From positions 1 to 28,784 of the IMG/VR virus record IMGVR_UViG_3300030372_002240: a stretch of 28,784 bases of DNA; one strand, written 5' to 3'. Positions 15,195 through 25,626 of this stretch are shown in pieces. The number at the start of each line of letters is the position of its first letter. Within the stretch, counting starts at the first letter, position 1. The position numbers and the translations under genes were made by a program. Source of the DNA: a virus (lineage: Duplodnaviria; Caudoviricetes). Below the pieces are notes generated by a model that saw only the letters and a list, made by a program, of their open reading frames with translations, had not been told where the DNA came from and did no database searches.

Positions 15195-15221
15195 AAAAAA
15201 AGGGGCAAAAAAACCCCTTTT
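15195..15221 (-). terminator. Intrinsic terminator after tail tube gene
   Basis: AAAAGGGG/CCCCTTTT stem followed by a T run on the minus strand. Confidence 0.75.
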
Positions 15222-15242
15222 CTTTTCTTTTTAGAGTAACGA

Positions 15243-15851
15243 TTAAGCTCCTTCTGTAATCACTATATCTGTAGGGTCAGCAATAACATCAGCTAATTGG
15301 TCAAACGGATATTTTGATTGAGCAACCCCATTTGTGGGTACCACTTGAACCAAAGCATTTCTTTCTTCTGCTCCCCATTCTATAGTATATCCTGTCATAT
15401 CACCTTTAGCGGCACCTGTTACAACAGTACCACCTGTTACATGACAACCACCATCAATACCTAATAAAAAACAGTTGTCATTCTCATCAAGTACAAAAAT
15501 TTGAGCTCTTGAATATGCAATAAGTCTTAACTCATTGGTCATGTCATGGTCAATCTTTTGTAGTGTTATAGATAGTGTCTGATTAAAGAATGTAGTTCCA
15601 TTAGCATTGTCTGATTGCACATTAACAGTCATACTAGATAGGTTTGGCACTAGGTCATATTTAAACACTGTAGTTACACCACCACTAGCACCACTCCAAG
15701 ATGCAAAACCTGCATCAGTCATTTCTGTAGTGTTTATTGTAGCAACAGCAGAAATATTATTATTGTAATTTTTACAAATATAAATGGCTTTTAGACCACC
15801 TATACTGTCTTTACAATCTATTAAACGTCCTCTTGTTATATCACAAGCCAT
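15243..15851 (-). CDS. Major tail tube protein (putative)
   Basis: MAC..T.GR...CKDS.GG...IY, NGT.FF.Q.L...L, G...GD..GY pattern; follows capsid. Confidence 0.7.
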   Translation of the reverse strand: MACDITRGRLIDCKDSIGGLKAIYICKNYNNNISAVATINTTEMTDAGFASWSGASGGVTTVFKYDLVPNLSSMTVNVQSDNANGTTFFNQTLSITLQKIDHDMTNELRLIAYSRAQIFVLDENDNCFLLGIDGGCHVTGGTVVTGAAKGDMTGYTIEWGAEERNALVQVVPTNGVAQSKYPFDQLADVIADPTDIVITEGA

Positions 15852-15872
15852 ATTATTAATTATTTAAAAGTT

Positions 15873-15902
15873 AAATAAAAGGGGAGTATATTACAACTCC
15901 CC
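15873..15902 (-). terminator. Intrinsic terminator/attenuator after capsid gene
   Basis: GGGGAGT (15881-15887)/ACTCCCC (15896-15902) stem followed by TTTTATTT on minus strand. Confidence 0.75.
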
Positions 15903-15913
15903 GTTTAAATTAT

Positions 15914-16903
15914 TTATGAATCCCAAACAGTTGAACCGTAAACACCATCTGTCGCAACAGCCGTTTGTACCCCTACAGCGAAGTTCATAACAACTCTAAC
16001 GTTGTCTGAGCCGTCATATTCGTAAGTAGGTATTAACCTTGCTTCAGTCCAATCAGTAGCTAAGTTTGTTCCGAATACTAAGTTTTCAGGATATGTGAAA
16101 AGAATTGTATCGTTGAACATTCCGGGGCATCTGTATATTGGATATCCAAAGTAAGTAGCTGTATCAGCTTTTGCATCAAATCCTAATCCTGAAATTTGTC
16201 CTTGATTAGAACCTGCTGAAGCTAGAGCTTGAATGTAGAATCCATAAGTTTTGTTGTTCATATAGAATCCAACTCCGGGCTTAGTAAGTATTCCTGAAAT
16301 ATCAGAAGCAGCCTTGTCATATACAGCAGCCATATCAGTTAAGATGTCTGAAGCAGCTAAAGCATCAGCGAAATCTACTTCGCTAAAGTCTTTACAAGCA
16401 GACGCATCAGCACCCGCTTCATCTTGCGTACCGTCATCAGATAAGAAACCTGTTCCAAAAGGAGCAGCTCCTTGCCATATACCAATTTCTAATTGAGCAG
16501 CAGCTTTTCCTGCAATTACTTGTAATAAGAAATCAGAAAAAGATTGTGGTAAGTCACCATTTCTGTCCATTCCTTGTCCCATCCAAGTAGGGAAAATTGT
16601 ACCTCTACAAATTTCCTCATTTACTTTAAGGTCGGTAAGTGTTAAAACTTGCTCACTTGTTGATGTGTCATTTCCTGAAGAAAACGAACACGCAGCAGCA
16701 ACAATAGGATTGCTTGAAGCAATGTTATTGATAACTGCAGATTTTGTTAAACCATCTAAGATTCTAACATATCCTTTTGCAACTGTGTCAGGACTTCTCA
16801 AGGCAGCGGTCACATAAGGCATCGCGTGAACACCTGCATACGTATCACCGTTTACAGTAATGTCAAATTCACGTCTTTTTGATAATTGAATTTTATTTGC
16901 CAT
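15914..16903 (-). CDS. Major capsid protein
   Basis: 329 aa after protease and scaffold; YAG....YV.AAL, IWQG, NL.FGT.L..D pattern; followed by terminator. Confidence 0.85.
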   Translation of the reverse strand: MANKIQLSKRREFDITVNGDTYAGVHAMPYVTAALRSPDTVAKGYVRILDGLTKSAVINNIASSNPIVAAACSFSSGNDTSTSEQVLTLTDLKVNEEICRGTIFPTWMGQGMDRNGDLPQSFSDFLLQVIAGKAAAQLEIGIWQGAAPFGTGFLSDDGTQDEAGADASACKDFSEVDFADALAASDILTDMAAVYDKAASDISGILTKPGVGFYMNNKTYGFYIQALASAGSNQGQISGLGFDAKADTATYFGYPIYRCPGMFNDTILFTYPENLVFGTNLATDWTEARLIPTYEYDGSDNVRVVMNFAVGVQTAVATDGVYGSTVWDS

Positions 16904-16912
16904 TTTTTTAAA

Positions 16913-17611
16913 TTATTTATTGTTAATATAATACGCTGTCCTTTCCATTGGTGACAGTTTTGCTAGGTCAACAGTAGCATTAATGTTTCTTCCCTCAGGA
17001 TTGTATTCAATACCTTCACTTGCAGGTTCACCACTTAATTCTACTATTTTACTTTTTAATTCTTCTATTTGAGTCATAAGTTCACCTATCACTTCGTTTG
17101 ACATCTCAGTCTTTTCTTCTTCAATAGGTTCTTCTTCAGCAGACAGTTCTTCTGTTTCTTCTGCTGCTTTTTCACCAAATACTTTTTTTTCTAATTCAGC
17201 AACTCGGTCTTTTAATTCTTCATAAGTTTTAGCCCAATCTGCTTTCTCAGCAGGCGTTTCGCCAGGCTCGTCAAATTCCTCTTTGTTTTCTTCAGACATT
17301 TCTTCAGAAAGTTCTTCCTCAGACGCTTCAACATCTTCAGCTTCTTTTTCTTCCCCTAAGTCTAGGATTTCAGAAGATTCACCGATTGTCATTTTGTTAC
17401 CATTTTCCATAGTGTAGCTTCCCGCTTCTAATGGAGTTGCCTCACCGTCATCACCGACAGCAAATACTTTAGAGCCAATCATAAACTGCTCATCTTCTGT
17501 AGCAAGTATACGACCGTCCTCTAATTTCATTTCAGCGTACATTTTTACGCTATAAGATTTAGGTTCATTTTTCATTTTTAAGATATTTAAAATTTTTTCT
17601 AGTGTACTCAT
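16913..17611 (-). CDS. Scaffold protein
   Basis: Very acidic, coiled-coil segments, between protease and capsid. Confidence 0.7.
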   Translation of the reverse strand: MSTLEKILNILKMKNEPKSYSVKMYAEMKLEDGRILATEDEQFMIGSKVFAVGDDGEATPLEAGSYTMENGNKMTIGESSEILDLGEEKEAEDVEASEEELSEEMSEENKEEFDEPGETPAEKADWAKTYEELKDRVAELEKKVFGEKAAEETEELSAEEEPIEEEKTEMSNEVIGELMTQIEELKSKIVELSGEPASEGIEYNPEGRNINATVDLAKLSPMERTAYYINNK

Positions 17612-17618
17612 AACATAT

Positions 17619-17645
17619 ATAAATATAAAGGCGTTATTATTGTTT
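17619..17645 (-). promoter_or_regulatory. Putative late promoter, copy 2
   Basis: AAACAA-N10-TTTATATTTAT, 7 nt before ATG 17611. Confidence 0.75.
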
Positions 17646-17662
17646 ATTTCTTTTAGCGTTTT

Positions 17663-18646
17663 TTACTTGAATTTAATTGTAGCACATACTTTTGCAGCCG
17701 TTTCTTTATTGCCGTATTGCTTCATTTGGTCACGCATACAATCGTCCCAAGAATATTTAAGCATAGCTTTACGCTTAGCATAAGCAATATATTCTAGCAT
17801 CTTGTATTTTTTCTTGCGTTTCTTTCGCCCTGTGCTACCATATTCTTCCCGCATTGTTGCTGATGAATGGTCAGCACATGGCATAAATAATTTAACACCA
17901 TCTACTGTATGTGGGTGACTACCTGAACAGCCTTTGAACATTTCAGCATATAGTTCAGCTTCTTCTTTTGTTCTAAATAATGGTTCACCATCTAAAGCAC
18001 CTACAGGCTGTAATTCGTTTTGTAGAATAACATCTTTAATTTTGCTCATTGTCACCTCATCAGGACAATCTTCACAAACTTCGTCTAATATATCTACTTT
18101 TTTAGATGCTTCAATTAGTTTGTCCGTAAAGTAGCCTTCTATACTGAACCCACGAACCTCTTTATTCTTAATAGCTTCCCAAATCTCAGGGTTGTTTTCT
18201 GCTGATACTTGTACAAACCACGTCCCAATAGGTAAGCTAGAAAAACCATACATATTGGATTTGTCATATTTCTTGTCTTCCTTAATCCACGATTCTACGA
18301 CAGTTAAACCTTGTATTGGTTCTTTGTGTTCTAAGGTATGGTTATTGTTATTTAAACTAGACATAAATAACTTCTGAGCTTGTTTTATAGTTTCTTTAGT
18401 AAAGTAAACGTCGTATTCTTCGTTAGTTTCCTTATCTAGTCTTGGAATACGTTTCTCGGGAATAAGTATTGCACCGATTAATTGTTTCTTTTCTTCATCT
18501 GCTTTTGCTAGACTTAAAAAGTCATTATTAAAGAATACAAAATTTTCTTCTATCGCAGGAAATTTTACGACGCTTATCGCGTCTACTCCAAAGTGGTCTG
18601 CTGTTTCGTCTATGATTAATTCTATAAGTTTTTTCTTTTTCTTCAT
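17663..18646 (-). CDS. Prohead protease (XkdF-like) with C-terminal accessory domains
   Basis: AISVV..PAIE, LIP...I.R, H, ESWI, GTW, GFSIEG motifs. Confidence 0.8.
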   Translation of the reverse strand: MKKKKKLIELIIDETADHFGVDAISVVKFPAIEENFVFFNNDFLSLAKADEEKKQLIGAILIPEKRIPRLDKETNEEYDVYFTKETIKQAQKLFMSSLNNNNHTLEHKEPIQGLTVVESWIKEDKKYDKSNMYGFSSLPIGTWFVQVSAENNPEIWEAIKNKEVRGFSIEGYFTDKLIEASKKVDILDEVCEDCPDEVTMSKIKDVILQNELQPVGALDGEPLFRTKEEAELYAEMFKGCSGSHPHTVDGVKLFMPCADHSSATMREEYGSTGRKKRKKKYKMLEYIAYAKRKAMLKYSWDDCMRDQMKQYGNKETAAKVCATIKFK

Positions 18647-18653
18647 AACACTA

Positions 18654-18680
18654 ATAAATATAAAGTTGTCTATTTTGTTT
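18654..18680 (-). promoter_or_regulatory. Putative late promoter, copy 3
   Basis: AAACAA-N10-TTTATATTTAT, 7 nt before ATG 18646. Confidence 0.75.
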
Positions 18681-20331
18681 ATAATGTACTTTGCAAGTCT
18701 AATTCTTGCTGTAACGCTTGAGCGTTTGAAATATTACTCTCTACTACAAAAGCTTGAGTCGGTGCCATTTGTCCAATTTCAGGTTGTTCTATTGATTCAA
18801 TGTTTGGTGCGCCTAAATTTAAACCTTCGGGACCACCACCACCACCGCCTTCTGTCGGCACATCAATTTGGGGGTCGGGACCGTCACCACCACCCGGAAC
18901 TTTTTTAAGAACGGCTTTAGCGTTTACAATACCTGCTAATACAGATGCTACCCCTGTTGCTATTGCACCTAAATTTAAAGGGAATGGTAACCCTGCTCCT
19001 GCAGCTATAGCACCTGAAACACCTTTTGCTGTATCTATAAGAATGCCTGCTAAGGCTGCTGCTTTTGCTGCTGCTGTTCCTTCACCTGCTAATTGTGCTA
19101 TGCTACTTAAAATATCTTTAGCTGCACCCACCCTCAAGGCTTTGTCTGCTGCAATTTTAGCTTTTGTAATTGCAAGTTTTTTATTTTCGGTGTCTATAAG
19201 TAATTGGAGTTCTTGGTCACTTATGCTTTTATCAAATTCTAACCCTAATAAGGCAGCCTCTTTTTCTAGTGCTAATCTTGATTCTTCTGCTAGGCGCTGT
19301 TCCTTTAATTTCAATAAGCGTTCTTCCTCTGCTGCATCTCTTTCAGCTTCTAGTGCTTTCAAATTAGTTAGTTGTTCTGAGCGCTGCCCTGTAATACGCT
19401 CATCTAAATCAGCCATTTCTGTTTTAGCGTTTATTAGAGCAACCTGTAAGTCTATATTGTCTGCGTTTTTACTGAGCTCTAATTCCGCTAATTCAACTTT
19501 CTTTTGTGCTAGTGCTTGTTCTTCTGCAAATTGTTCGTCTAGTATTCGTCCAAGTTCTTCATTGGCTGCAATACGTTCTTCAAAAGTTAAACTTATGTCA
19601 TCTCTAATTTGTCTTTGTAGCTCAGCGTCCTTTTGATATGTTAATTGTAATTGTCTTTGATTTGCTTCTGCTAACTTTACTTCATTTCTAAGAGCTGTAA
19701 TAGCCTTCCCATACGCAACACCCTCTTTTGTTGCTTCTTTTATTTCTTTTGTTAGATTTTTAAAACCTTCAGCAGCTTTTTGTTGTTGTAGTTCATCTAA
19801 GCCTGTATTAAGTTGAATGAATGCTGTCCCCGCGTCTTTAGCTGCGCTTTTCATTAATTCTAAGTCCCTTGTAAAAACCCCCTTAATTACATTCCCTAAA
19901 GCGCCGAATAAATCAATTAAACCTTCTACTCTATTAACTACATTTTGTTTTAGTGCTTCCCAAAAACTTTTTAAAGCATCTTTAGGGCTTGTAAAAGCCC
20001 CTGTTAATTTTTCACCAACCTGTATTGCTGACTGTATTAACTTTTGAAAAACCACATTAACAGTTTCACTAACCACCGACAGCTTGTCCATTACAACTTG
20101 GTTTTGTCCTAGCATCTCAGCTAATTTGGCAAACGCTGCTACTATTAATCCTATACCTAGTGCTTTAAAAGCAACCCCAACAGCATTAATACCGCCCTTC
20201 ATTTTACCAAAACTAGATTTAGAATCTTCAGCAGCTTTGTTAGTATCCTTAACGCCTTGTTTTAATTCATCAACTTGTTTGATGCCACCATCTGCATCAA
20301 CTTCTAATATTATTGTTTTTTTTACCGCCAT
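18679..20331 (-). CDS. Tape measure protein
   Basis: Ala/Lys/Glu-rich helical protein, GIGLIVAA hydrophobic segment, coiled coil, QAFVVE..I..AQ C-terminus. Confidence 0.8.
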   Translation of the reverse strand: MAVKKTIILEVDADGGIKQVDELKQGVKDTNKAAEDSKSSFGKMKGGINAVGVAFKALGIGLIVAAFAKLAEMLGQNQVVMDKLSVVSETVNVVFQKLIQSAIQVGEKLTGAFTSPKDALKSFWEALKQNVVNRVEGLIDLFGALGNVIKGVFTRDLELMKSAAKDAGTAFIQLNTGLDELQQQKAAEGFKNLTKEIKEATKEGVAYGKAITALRNEVKLAEANQRQLQLTYQKDAELQRQIRDDISLTFEERIAANEELGRILDEQFAEEQALAQKKVELAELELSKNADNIDLQVALINAKTEMADLDERITGQRSEQLTNLKALEAERDAAEEERLLKLKEQRLAEESRLALEKEAALLGLEFDKSISDQELQLLIDTENKKLAITKAKIAADKALRVGAAKDILSSIAQLAGEGTAAAKAAALAGILIDTAKGVSGAIAAGAGLPFPLNLGAIATGVASVLAGIVNAKAVLKKVPGGGDGPDPQIDVPTEGGGGGGPEGLNLGAPNIESIEQPEIGQMAPTQAFVVESNISNAQALQQELDLQSTL

Positions 20332-20495
20332 ATTATTCTAAATAATTGTTTAAACATTCTGCGTATGCTTGAATGGTATTCTTCCATTCCATAAGCAAAA
20401 TCTAATTCCTTGTCTTTGTATTCTACTAATTGCAAGTGGTCTATACTATGTATAATTAACTTGCTTGTATTTTCTATATATTTTTTTAATTCCAT
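20322..20495 (-). CDS. Hypothetical protein, 57 aa (not in ORF track)
   Basis: MELKKYIENTSKLIIHSIDHLQLVEYKDKELDFAYGMEEYHSSIRRMFKQLFRIIWR; fills gap, overlaps both neighbours. Confidence 0.65.
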   Translation of the reverse strand: MELKKYIENTSKLIIHSIDHLQLVEYKDKELDFAYGMEEYHSSIRRMFKQLFRIIWR

Positions 20496-23400
20496 AATAA
20501 ATAATCTCTATTTTCAAATTGTATCAAATCTCCGTTTTGGAATAAAGCTAATTTCTCACCATACGGAATATCTATATTAGGTATGCTTTGAACATCAAAA
20601 TCTACTGTCAATGTCCAAGTTCTTTTTAAATCAGTTTGGCTGTCATCTAAACCAAATTTTATAACCCCTGTATCTGTTATAGTAGTAATATATACAGTAC
20701 AAGTAGCGGGTTTTGTGTGGTCTTGTTTTACAGCAAGTTCTTCAACACCCCCTGCTGTACCTATCTGTGTGGTAAGACCGTTACTGTCTTTACTAAAAGC
20801 TGTAAAGTAAGCAAAACTTTCTGTATACCCGAGGGGATAATCGGTACTAGTACCACCAATAACTGTTGCTGAACCCTTTAACCTTATTACAGCAATACCT
20901 GAAGTCGGCACTTTAATAGATTTATTTGTGCTATCACCTGTAGCTGTAGCATAACCACGTGTATTGCCTTCTGTGTAACCCATTAATATAATCCTATGAT
21001 TTTCACCTTGAAATGGTGGTGTATTACCATTTTCATTTTTATACCTTATAACGTAATCATTCGGACTATTTGCTAATAAGTTTGGCCTGTAAGGACTTGT
21101 GTTGTTACCAATAGTCAACCCCCCCTTTTTGCCATTTGAAATAACAAAAGAAGCTAAATTTTTAGATAATGAAGTACTGAATATAGGGATTAAATTTCTA
21201 AGATTAGATGCTTGTACACTTAAGCTGCTTGAATTTGAAAGGCAATACCCTAATCCTTGAGTACTTGCTCCCCATGGCACAAACTCCCCGTTGTTACATT
21301 CGCAACAATCTTGAGTAGTAAATATATTATCAACAGTTACGGGGTTAAAGGCACAGTCAGCATCATCATCGGGACACCAAATCATTAAACTACCGTAAGC
21401 ATTATTTTGTAAATCAATTTCTGATGTAACAACATAATCACAACTTGGACAGGTTATATTATAAAGTTCATTTATTAATAGCAAAGTAACTTTAGCACTT
21501 TGACTGCTTCCGACTACATAATTCTTTATACTTAAAACCCTGTAATAATTGTCTTTTATAAATATTTCATCACTAAATTTAAAATTGTTTATATCATTTA
21601 CATTAAGGTTTAAATGAAGCTCAACAATTCTACTACTTGTAGCATAAATAGCATTTAAATATGGCGCCCAATACTCAAAATATAAACTTTTAGATATATT
21701 AACAAGGTTAGAATTGTAATCAAAACACGCAAGGTATGGTGCAATAGGTGGGTTTGCGTTCCAATATAAAGACCTTGTAGTGGGTTGTATTGTTGTAGTG
21801 GGTGATATTTCAAAAGGTGAGCATACAGGGAATATGTTAAGAGCGTGTGCATCAACAACAAGATTACCTTCGGGTACAGTTTCATAAGTATTATGTAAAT
21901 AATAGTAAGCATAGGTAGGAATTAAGGTGTGAGCCATACCACTATAGTAAAACATTTTGGGTTTAGTAGCTACTAGCTTTTGTTCTGCCTGACCTTCGCT
22001 GTTCAAATCATAACTTATTTCATATTGAACAGTCATATTAACTAGCTGTGTAGGCTGTGTGGCATCTACATCACTTGACCAAACCTTGTCATTGATATAT
22101 GGTGCAAATATAGATTTGTTAGTCAATTTACCATTAGCAAACTCATTTTGTGTGTTTTGCATAAAGACTTTGCCATAAGGATTGTGAACAGGACTAGTTT
22201 CTGCTATTCTTTTATTGTTCAAGTCGTTATCCTCTAAGTCCTTTAGCTCAATATCTTTTTTTTGCAAGGACACAGTGTCTTTGATAATAATTTCCTTGCT
22301 CATATCAACTTTATCAGACCAATATTTAACTTCACCTGCTGCTAAAAAATTACTGTAAGGTTCAATTTTTAAATTAGATGGGTCGTTAGAATCGGGCGCT
22401 ACAACTAAATTAAATCTTTGTATTATATCTTGTAAAAAATCTTTTTGAGTGATAGAAGAATCAATACAACTTGGAATGTCTACTTCTTGACCATAGATTC
22501 CTGTTGAAGCATAACCACTCCAAGAAATACTCGCTTCATTATACATACCCGCAAATAGATAATTTGTAGGTGTAGAATCTCCACAAGATGTGACACCGGG
22601 CGCGCACCTTTTACCCACCCTAATTGTTGTAGATAGTGTATTGTCTTTTACTACTGCACCCTCTAACCTCATTACAAACCTATATCCCCAACCTAACGGA
22701 ATGTCAGTCCACGGTATGTCAAATTCTATAGGAACATGAACCGTTAGGTCCCCATAAATAGCTGATTGTGCTTCTAGGTCTGTGTCTGCAACTAAAGGAA
22801 TACTAAACTCATACAAAGTGCTATCATAAGCAAATGGTGCGTTTGGATTTGCTGTAGGTTGCATACCCTGTACTCTTATTACTAGAACCATGTTTGACCA
22901 CGGTCCCCAATTAGGAGCCTCGCCCCCGCAAGGTCTTAAATTGTTAAATGATATATAAGTTTTAAGTTTTAATGGCTGTAAGTTAGTACTGACTTTTTTA
23001 AAAACTCTACCATTATTCCTCACTATATTCATAGGGTCGGTAGGGACAGTAAACCCCGTGTATGCTGATGTTGTATTAGCTTGAAAATAATTTAAAAATA
23101 CACCATTTCCTATTGTGGGGGGGCAATAAATAACAGTTCCCGCAGCAAATGTATTATCATATTGATACTCGTCATTACCTGCAACTAAGATTCCGTCTAC
23201 GCCACCCTCACCCACTATATTATTATTTCTCATCACAGGACCCGGCACAATTTGCTCATTACAGGTTGTCATATACAATTTTCTAAAATAGTCGCCATCA
23301 ATAAAAGCAGACGTATAAGTAAACCCTGCTCTATTGAGTAATCTTTTAAATATTTCCCGTATTTGTACAGCAGGTCTAAATTGATTAATATCAACAGTTT

Positions 23401-24109
23401 TGTCCTCTAAATATGTTCCCCCATTTGCGTAGTCCTCAAGAATTGTATCTATTGTTGTTTGATTTAAATTTAAATATTCCTGTTCGCCAAGATTAAAAAC
23501 AAAATTAGGTTTTGTGATTGATAGTGGGTACATTACCTTATAAACATCACCATCAACATCTCTTAATGAATCACCATCAACATTATTAAATGTAACTGAA
23601 CCGTCCCCTGTCCAACTACTTTTAAAGTTTGATATATTAAATAAATGATTAAGGTCCCTGTTGTATGTTTCCCCATCAGCATTTAAAAAAATATCTCTTA
23701 ATTTTTGATTACCTATATTGCTAAATAAATCTGCTGCTGTACCTAAAACGACAACTTCATAAAGACCTGCCTTCATATACACAGACCTTAACTGTATAAC
23801 CCCCTCAAATTGAGGCACAGTACCAACATAAATAACTGCAGGGAATTTTTTCGCTGCACTATATACTAACGTGTCCAAATTCACATCAAACCAATTTTGA
23901 AAAAATATGTTGTTTCTTTCTGTAAAAGGCAATTTAAAGGTTTGAGAAAAATTTGCTTTTCTTTTACTTGGGTCTGTTATGTCAGATAATTGAAAATTTA
24001 CAGATATATTAGGGTCTTTTTGTAAATCAAGTTCGTACGCCTTTTCTTTAACAGTAACAAAAGGACCTAAATCTTCAGGCTTTCTATATACAACTAATCT
24101 AGTATTCAT
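20486..24109 (-). CDS. Tail tip/baseplate hub protein (Tal-like) with putative receptor-binding insertions
   Basis: 1207 aa; LDL......N..L.DI......FSQTF.LP.T..N N-terminus, I..RFNL, F.F.D.I.I...Y.V..I.NY. Confidence 0.75.
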   Translation of the reverse strand: MNTRLVVYRKPEDLGPFVTVKEKAYELDLQKDPNISVNFQLSDITDPSKRKANFSQTFKLPFTERNNIFFQNWFDVNLDTLVYSAAKKFPAVIYVGTVPQFEGVIQLRSVYMKAGLYEVVVLGTAADLFSNIGNQKLRDIFLNADGETYNRDLNHLFNISNFKSSWTGDGSVTFNNVDGDSLRDVDGDVYKVMYPLSITKPNFVFNLGEQEYLNLNQTTIDTILEDYANGGTYLEDKTVDINQFRPAVQIREIFKRLLNRAGFTYTSAFIDGDYFRKLYMTTCNEQIVPGPVMRNNNIVGEGGVDGILVAGNDEYQYDNTFAAGTVIYCPPTIGNGVFLNYFQANTTSAYTGFTVPTDPMNIVRNNGRVFKKVSTNLQPLKLKTYISFNNLRPCGGEAPNWGPWSNMVLVIRVQGMQPTANPNAPFAYDSTLYEFSIPLVADTDLEAQSAIYGDLTVHVPIEFDIPWTDIPLGWGYRFVMRLEGAVVKDNTLSTTIRVGKRCAPGVTSCGDSTPTNYLFAGMYNEASISWSGYASTGIYGQEVDIPSCIDSSITQKDFLQDIIQRFNLVVAPDSNDPSNLKIEPYSNFLAAGEVKYWSDKVDMSKEIIIKDTVSLQKKDIELKDLEDNDLNNKRIAETSPVHNPYGKVFMQNTQNEFANGKLTNKSIFAPYINDKVWSSDVDATQPTQLVNMTVQYEISYDLNSEGQAEQKLVATKPKMFYYSGMAHTLIPTYAYYYLHNTYETVPEGNLVVDAHALNIFPVCSPFEISPTTTIQPTTRSLYWNANPPIAPYLACFDYNSNLVNISKSLYFEYWAPYLNAIYATSSRIVELHLNLNVNDINNFKFSDEIFIKDNYYRVLSIKNYVVGSSQSAKVTLLLINELYNITCPSCDYVVTSEIDLQNNAYGSLMIWCPDDDADCAFNPVTVDNIFTTQDCCECNNGEFVPWGASTQGLGYCLSNSSSLSVQASNLRNLIPIFSTSLSKNLASFVISNGKKGGLTIGNNTSPYRPNLLANSPNDYVIRYKNENGNTPPFQGENHRIILMGYTEGNTRGYATATGDSTNKSIKVPTSGIAVIRLKGSATVIGGTSTDYPLGYTESFAYFTAFSKDSNGLTTQIGTAGGVEELAVKQDHTKPATCTVYITTITDTGVIKFGLDDSQTDLKRTWTLTVDFDVQSIPNIDIPYGEKLALFQNGDLIQFENRDYLLWN

Positions 24110-25620
24110 TAAGTGTTTGTGTTTATATAATTAGCATATTCAATTTTAATAGTATATTGAATTAAATTGTCATTTGCAGTTGTTTTTCTAACAAAACTAC
24201 TGTCTTTAATAACTACAGGGTGGTAAAATTCGTCATCTTCTATTTTTACTGAATCAACCCTTTTTGATAATAATAGTGTTTCAATAAAAGGCACCATGTC
24301 CTCACTTATATAATCAGTTTGCAAAGTTTCAGTCATCTTAGCTGATACTTTTCTTGTTGTAATTCCCCTAGCTGTATTGTCGTACCTATACCTACTACCA
24401 TTAAAAAACCCTAGCATTTTATCGTAATTTTCTCTCTTTATTTCAACAGTTCTAACATTTTTTAACTCAAAATTCATATAATCATAACCACCAAGATTAT
24501 TTAAAAATCCTAATCTCCTTCTTTTATATTTAGTACAAGTTTTAGATTTTTCAAAATAATATGTATCACTTAAAAAAGAACCACCTGCGCCTGTTGCTGT
24601 ACTGTGACCGCGAACAGTGTAATAATCCCAATTTGTATTAGCGCTTGGTCTTGCGTTTACATTTATTGTCTGCGCTTGTAAATTACCGGGTCCACACCCA
24701 AAGTATAATAACTTTTGAAAGTTGTTAGTAATTACTGTAGGTATTTGACCACCTGTACTCGCTGCATTAGCAAAAACATAAGTTCCTATAGATGTGCCGT
24801 CACTTTCAAAATACTGTACTTTTATTGATTGTGCAGCAGAATTAAAGGCTGCAACTCCATTTAAAAAAGCTAAAGTATGATAATCCCCAATATTTGTAGA
24901 TGTATCAAAATGAACCACATTTCTATACCCTGAAATAGTAGCGCCCCCTAGCTGAAAACGTTGCTCGGGTATATTAGTTAAAAATTGAGATGCGGCTGTA
25001 TATAAACAATAAGGGAGAAAAGCATTACCCTGTATATATTCTGTGTCGGGACCGCCACTTGTTACAAATCTAGCTTGTTCTAATGGCAGGGTGGCTTGTA
25101 TATAAGTCTGTGTGTCGTTAGGGGCACCCGTCCAAGACGAACCCGGAGCTTGACTAACATTTGTGCTATATTCCTGTGTTGCTTGTACGTGCAAAGTTAC
25201 AAGCTGACTTGAACCTGTTTGTCGATTGCCATTTAAACTAAAAATAAAATCTGTTAAGTCGGTACCACTAGCATTGTCACCTGTACTTGCACCCACACCA
25301 TGAATAGATTGAAATGGAGCGCCTGTGCAATTTTGGTCAAAGTACGTGTCTACTGTTTGAGCGTTTGCTATTGCTCGTAAATCAAAGAAGGCGCGTATAT
25401 TGTTTGCAGCTATATCAACACTATACCCATTACCCCTTTGTTTCATAAGTGCAATTGTGTCACCTGATACGTCATCTAGTTTGACTCTTAGTATTAGTTT
25501 TTGATAAAAAAAAGTAGAATTATCATCACTACTTTTCACCATATAACCTACCATTGGGGTCCAATTAGTTATTACAGGTATTGTTCCATCTATAGGTTTT
25601 TGTTCGAATGTTACCGCCAT
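24109..25620 (-). CDS. Distal tail (Dit-like)/baseplate protein
   Basis: C-terminal FLN.LGG.DY..F...L.TDY......LL.S..V...QY.I....AN pattern; precedes Tal-like gene. Confidence 0.65.
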   Translation of the reverse strand: MAVTFEQKPIDGTIPVITNWTPMVGYMVKSSDDNSTFFYQKLILRVKLDDVSGDTIALMKQRGNGYSVDIAANNIRAFFDLRAIANAQTVDTYFDQNCTGAPFQSIHGVGASTGDNASGTDLTDFIFSLNGNRQTGSSQLVTLHVQATQEYSTNVSQAPGSSWTGAPNDTQTYIQATLPLEQARFVTSGGPDTEYIQGNAFLPYCLYTAASQFLTNIPEQRFQLGGATISGYRNVVHFDTSTNIGDYHTLAFLNGVAAFNSAAQSIKVQYFESDGTSIGTYVFANAASTGGQIPTVITNNFQKLLYFGCGPGNLQAQTINVNARPSANTNWDYYTVRGHSTATGAGGSFLSDTYYFEKSKTCTKYKRRRLGFLNNLGGYDYMNFELKNVRTVEIKRENYDKMLGFFNGSRYRYDNTARGITTRKVSAKMTETLQTDYISEDMVPFIETLLLSKRVDSVKIEDDEFYHPVVIKDSSFVRKTTANDNLIQYTIKIEYANYINTNT

Positions 25621-25626
25621 ATATAA

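Noticed and set aside
18800-19636. 278-aa plus-strand ORF
   Set aside because: Antisense shadow of the tape measure gene; Ser/Ala/Phe-rich mirror of its codon bias, no promoter context
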